The notes below the pieces were generated by a model that had not been told where the DNA came from, did not search any database, and was given only the letters and a program-made list of their open reading frames with translations. A stretch of 64,000 bases of DNA from Mobula hypostoma (Eukaryota), in contig NC_086097.1 in assembly GCF_963921235.1 (NCBI RefSeq), forward strand, positions 240,438,001 to 240,502,000, given 5' to 3'. Of the stretch, positions 61,997-64,000 are shown in pieces. The position numbers and the translations under genes were made by a program. Within the stretch, counting starts at the first letter, position 1, and each line of letters opens with the position of its first letter.

Positions 61997-62971
61997 CAAC
62001 ACACAAAAGTTGCTGGTGAACGCAGCAGGCCGGGCAGCATCTCTAGGAAGAGGTGCAGTCGACCTTTCAGGCCGAGACCCTTCGTCAGGACTAACTGAAG
62101 GAAGAGTGAGGGATTTGAAAGTTGGAGGGGGAGGGGGAGATCCAAAATGATAGGAGAAGACAGGAGGGGGAGGGATGGAGCCAAGAGCTGGACAGGTGAT
62201 TGGCAAAAGGGATACGAGAGGATCATGGGACAGGAGGTCCGGGAAGAAAGACAAGGGGGGGGGACCAAGAGGATGGGCAAGGGGTATAGTCAGAGGGACA
62301 GAGGGAGAGAAAGGAGAATGAGAGAAAGAATGTGTGCATAAAAATAAGTAACAGATGGGGTATGAGGGGGAGGTGGGGCATTAGCGGAAGTTAGAGAAGT
62401 CGATGTTCATGCCATTAGGTTGGAGGCTATCCAGACGGAATATAAGGTGTTGTTCCTCCAACCTGAGTGTGGCTTCACCTTTACAGTAGAGGAGGCCGTG
62501 GATAGACATGTCAGAATGGGAATGGGATGTGGAATTAAAATGTGTGGCCACTGGGAGATCCTGCTTTCTCTGGCGGACAGAGCGTAGATGTTCAGCAAAG
62601 CGGTCTCCCAGTCTGCGTCGGTTCTCGCCAATATATAAAAGGCCACATCGGGAGCACCGGACGCAGTATATCACCCCAGTCAACTCACAGGTGAAGTGTT
62701 GCCTCACCTGGAAGGACTGTTTGGGGCCCTGAATGGTGGTAAGGGAGGAAGTGTAAGGGCATGTGTAGCACTTGTTCCGCTTACACGGATAAGTGCCAGG
62801 AGGGAGATCAGTGGGGAGGGATGGGGGGAACGAATGGACAAGGGAGTTGCGTAGGGAGCGATCCCTGCGGAATGCGGGGGGGCGGGGGAGGGAAAGATGT
62901 GCTTAGTGGTGGGATCCCGTTGGAGGTGGCGGAAGTTACGGAGAATAATATGTTGGACCCGGAGGCTGGTG
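61997..62971 (-). mobile_element. Penelope-like element, 5'-truncated
   Basis: GIY-YIG ORF 62381-62707 (GVIYCVRCSRCGLLYIGE). TSD AATATTGAAA at 61987-61996 and 62972-62981. Confidence 0.9.
62057..62092 (-). ncRNA. Minimal hammerhead ribozyme motif (variant AGGT)
   Basis: Reverse complement reads agtc-CTGACGA-agggtctcggcct-GAAA-g-GTC-gact. Confidence 0.7.
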
Positions 62972-63369
62972 AATATTGAAAACTACTTCAATTTCTTTTG
63001 TCTTCTCATCCTTAACTTGAAGGTTCCTGGAAGCCCAGGATACTAGATTCCATTGTTACGTTGCCGGACCTTTGTTGATATTCACCTAACTGATTAGTTA
63101 GCATGCTGGTGCATAACTTCTGGGAAACTTACATCAACTGGCAGAGACTGAGTTGTATTTCCGTTCCAGTATGAGTCCTCAGCCTATTGGCTGCGCTCTG
63201 ATGTTGAACTCCAGTGTTGAGATCAGTGGCATGGCACAGACTTATTGCATGAACGGGAGCGGCCGTGGAGAAAAGTTGCAGCAGAAGATCATTTATGGTT
63301 CTCAGAATTACTAGTGATTCCTTGCTAGTTTGTCACTGCTTACGTTAGATCACTGGGCTCTCTTCCAGG

Positions 63370-63678
63370 GAAGGAGGGACCTGCATAGAAGAGACAGTTT
63401 GCTCCTGAATTGGAGGAGGGACTAATATCCTAGCGGGAGTGCTTGCTAGTGCTACATGGGGTGGGGATTAAACTAGAGTTGGAGGCGGGATGGGAACCAG
63501 AGTACCAGAACAGTTAGTGGAGAGGTTGTGGAGACAGATGTCGTTAAGACTTCAGACAAAGTCAGGAATTAAATGGTTGAGCATGGTATGACTTGTGTTC
63601 TAAACTGCGTATGTTACAATGCAAGAAGTATTGTAGGAAAGGCAGATTATCTCAGGGCATGGATCAACACATGGAATT
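63370..63678 (+). mobile_element. CR1 ORF1-end / ORF2-start fragment
   Basis: 'ggggactaatatcctagcggg...ttaaactag', then CYNARSIVGKADYLRAWINTWN. Confidence 0.7.
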
Positions 63679-63679
63679 T

Positions 63680-63968
63680 ATTTATTTCATTTATTTATGG
63701 AGATACAGCATGGAATAGACCATTCTGGCACTTCGAGCCGCACCACCCAGCAATCCCCATTTTAACCCTAGCCTAATCGCAGGACAATTTACAATGACCA
63801 ATTAACCTACCAACCAGTATGTCTTTGGACTCTGGGAGGAAACTGGAGCATCAGGAGGAAGCCCACACAGTCACAAGGAGAACATACAAGCTCCTTGCAG
63901 GCAGTGGCGGGAATTGAACCCAGGTCGCTATAAATGCTTGTGCTAACCACTATGCTGTCATGTCACCG
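63680..63968 (-). mobile_element. V-type SINE with CR1-like tail
   Basis: Paralog of 15478-15760. Confidence 0.65.
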
Positions 63969-64000
63969 CAGCTACAATATTATGTTCTTGTAGCCGTTAG

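Overview
This is eukaryotic, repeat-dense, non-coding DNA. The mix of CR1 LINEs with an SGNH-esterase ORF1, Rex/Babar-type LINEs, Neptune-type Penelope elements and V-/CORE-type SINEs suggests a cartilaginous fish, probably a ray; this is inference and was not checked. I could not identify any host protein-coding gene, so the window is probably intronic or intergenic. Almost all long ORFs are broken transposon ORFs or their antisense shadows. Main contents: (1) a young, near-complete Ty3/Gypsy element (41572-45981) with LTRs of 230 and 229 bp, gag-PR-RT-RH-IN and two frameshifts. It has no tRNA-type PBS; instead, a perfect 16-nt complement of its own LTR sits there, covering the AATAAA signal. 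It also has no target-site duplication. (2) An older degenerate Gypsy element and a 1.13-kb solo LTR. (3) Four 5'-truncated Penelope-like insertions with 10-13 bp TSDs, each carrying a minimal hammerhead ribozyme. (4) Many CR1 and Rex copies nested up to three levels deep. (5) Several SINEs and MITEs, plus a few unique islands that may be regulatory. Boundaries were read by eye and are approximate unless a TSD is quoted. Family names are pattern recognition, not database hits.
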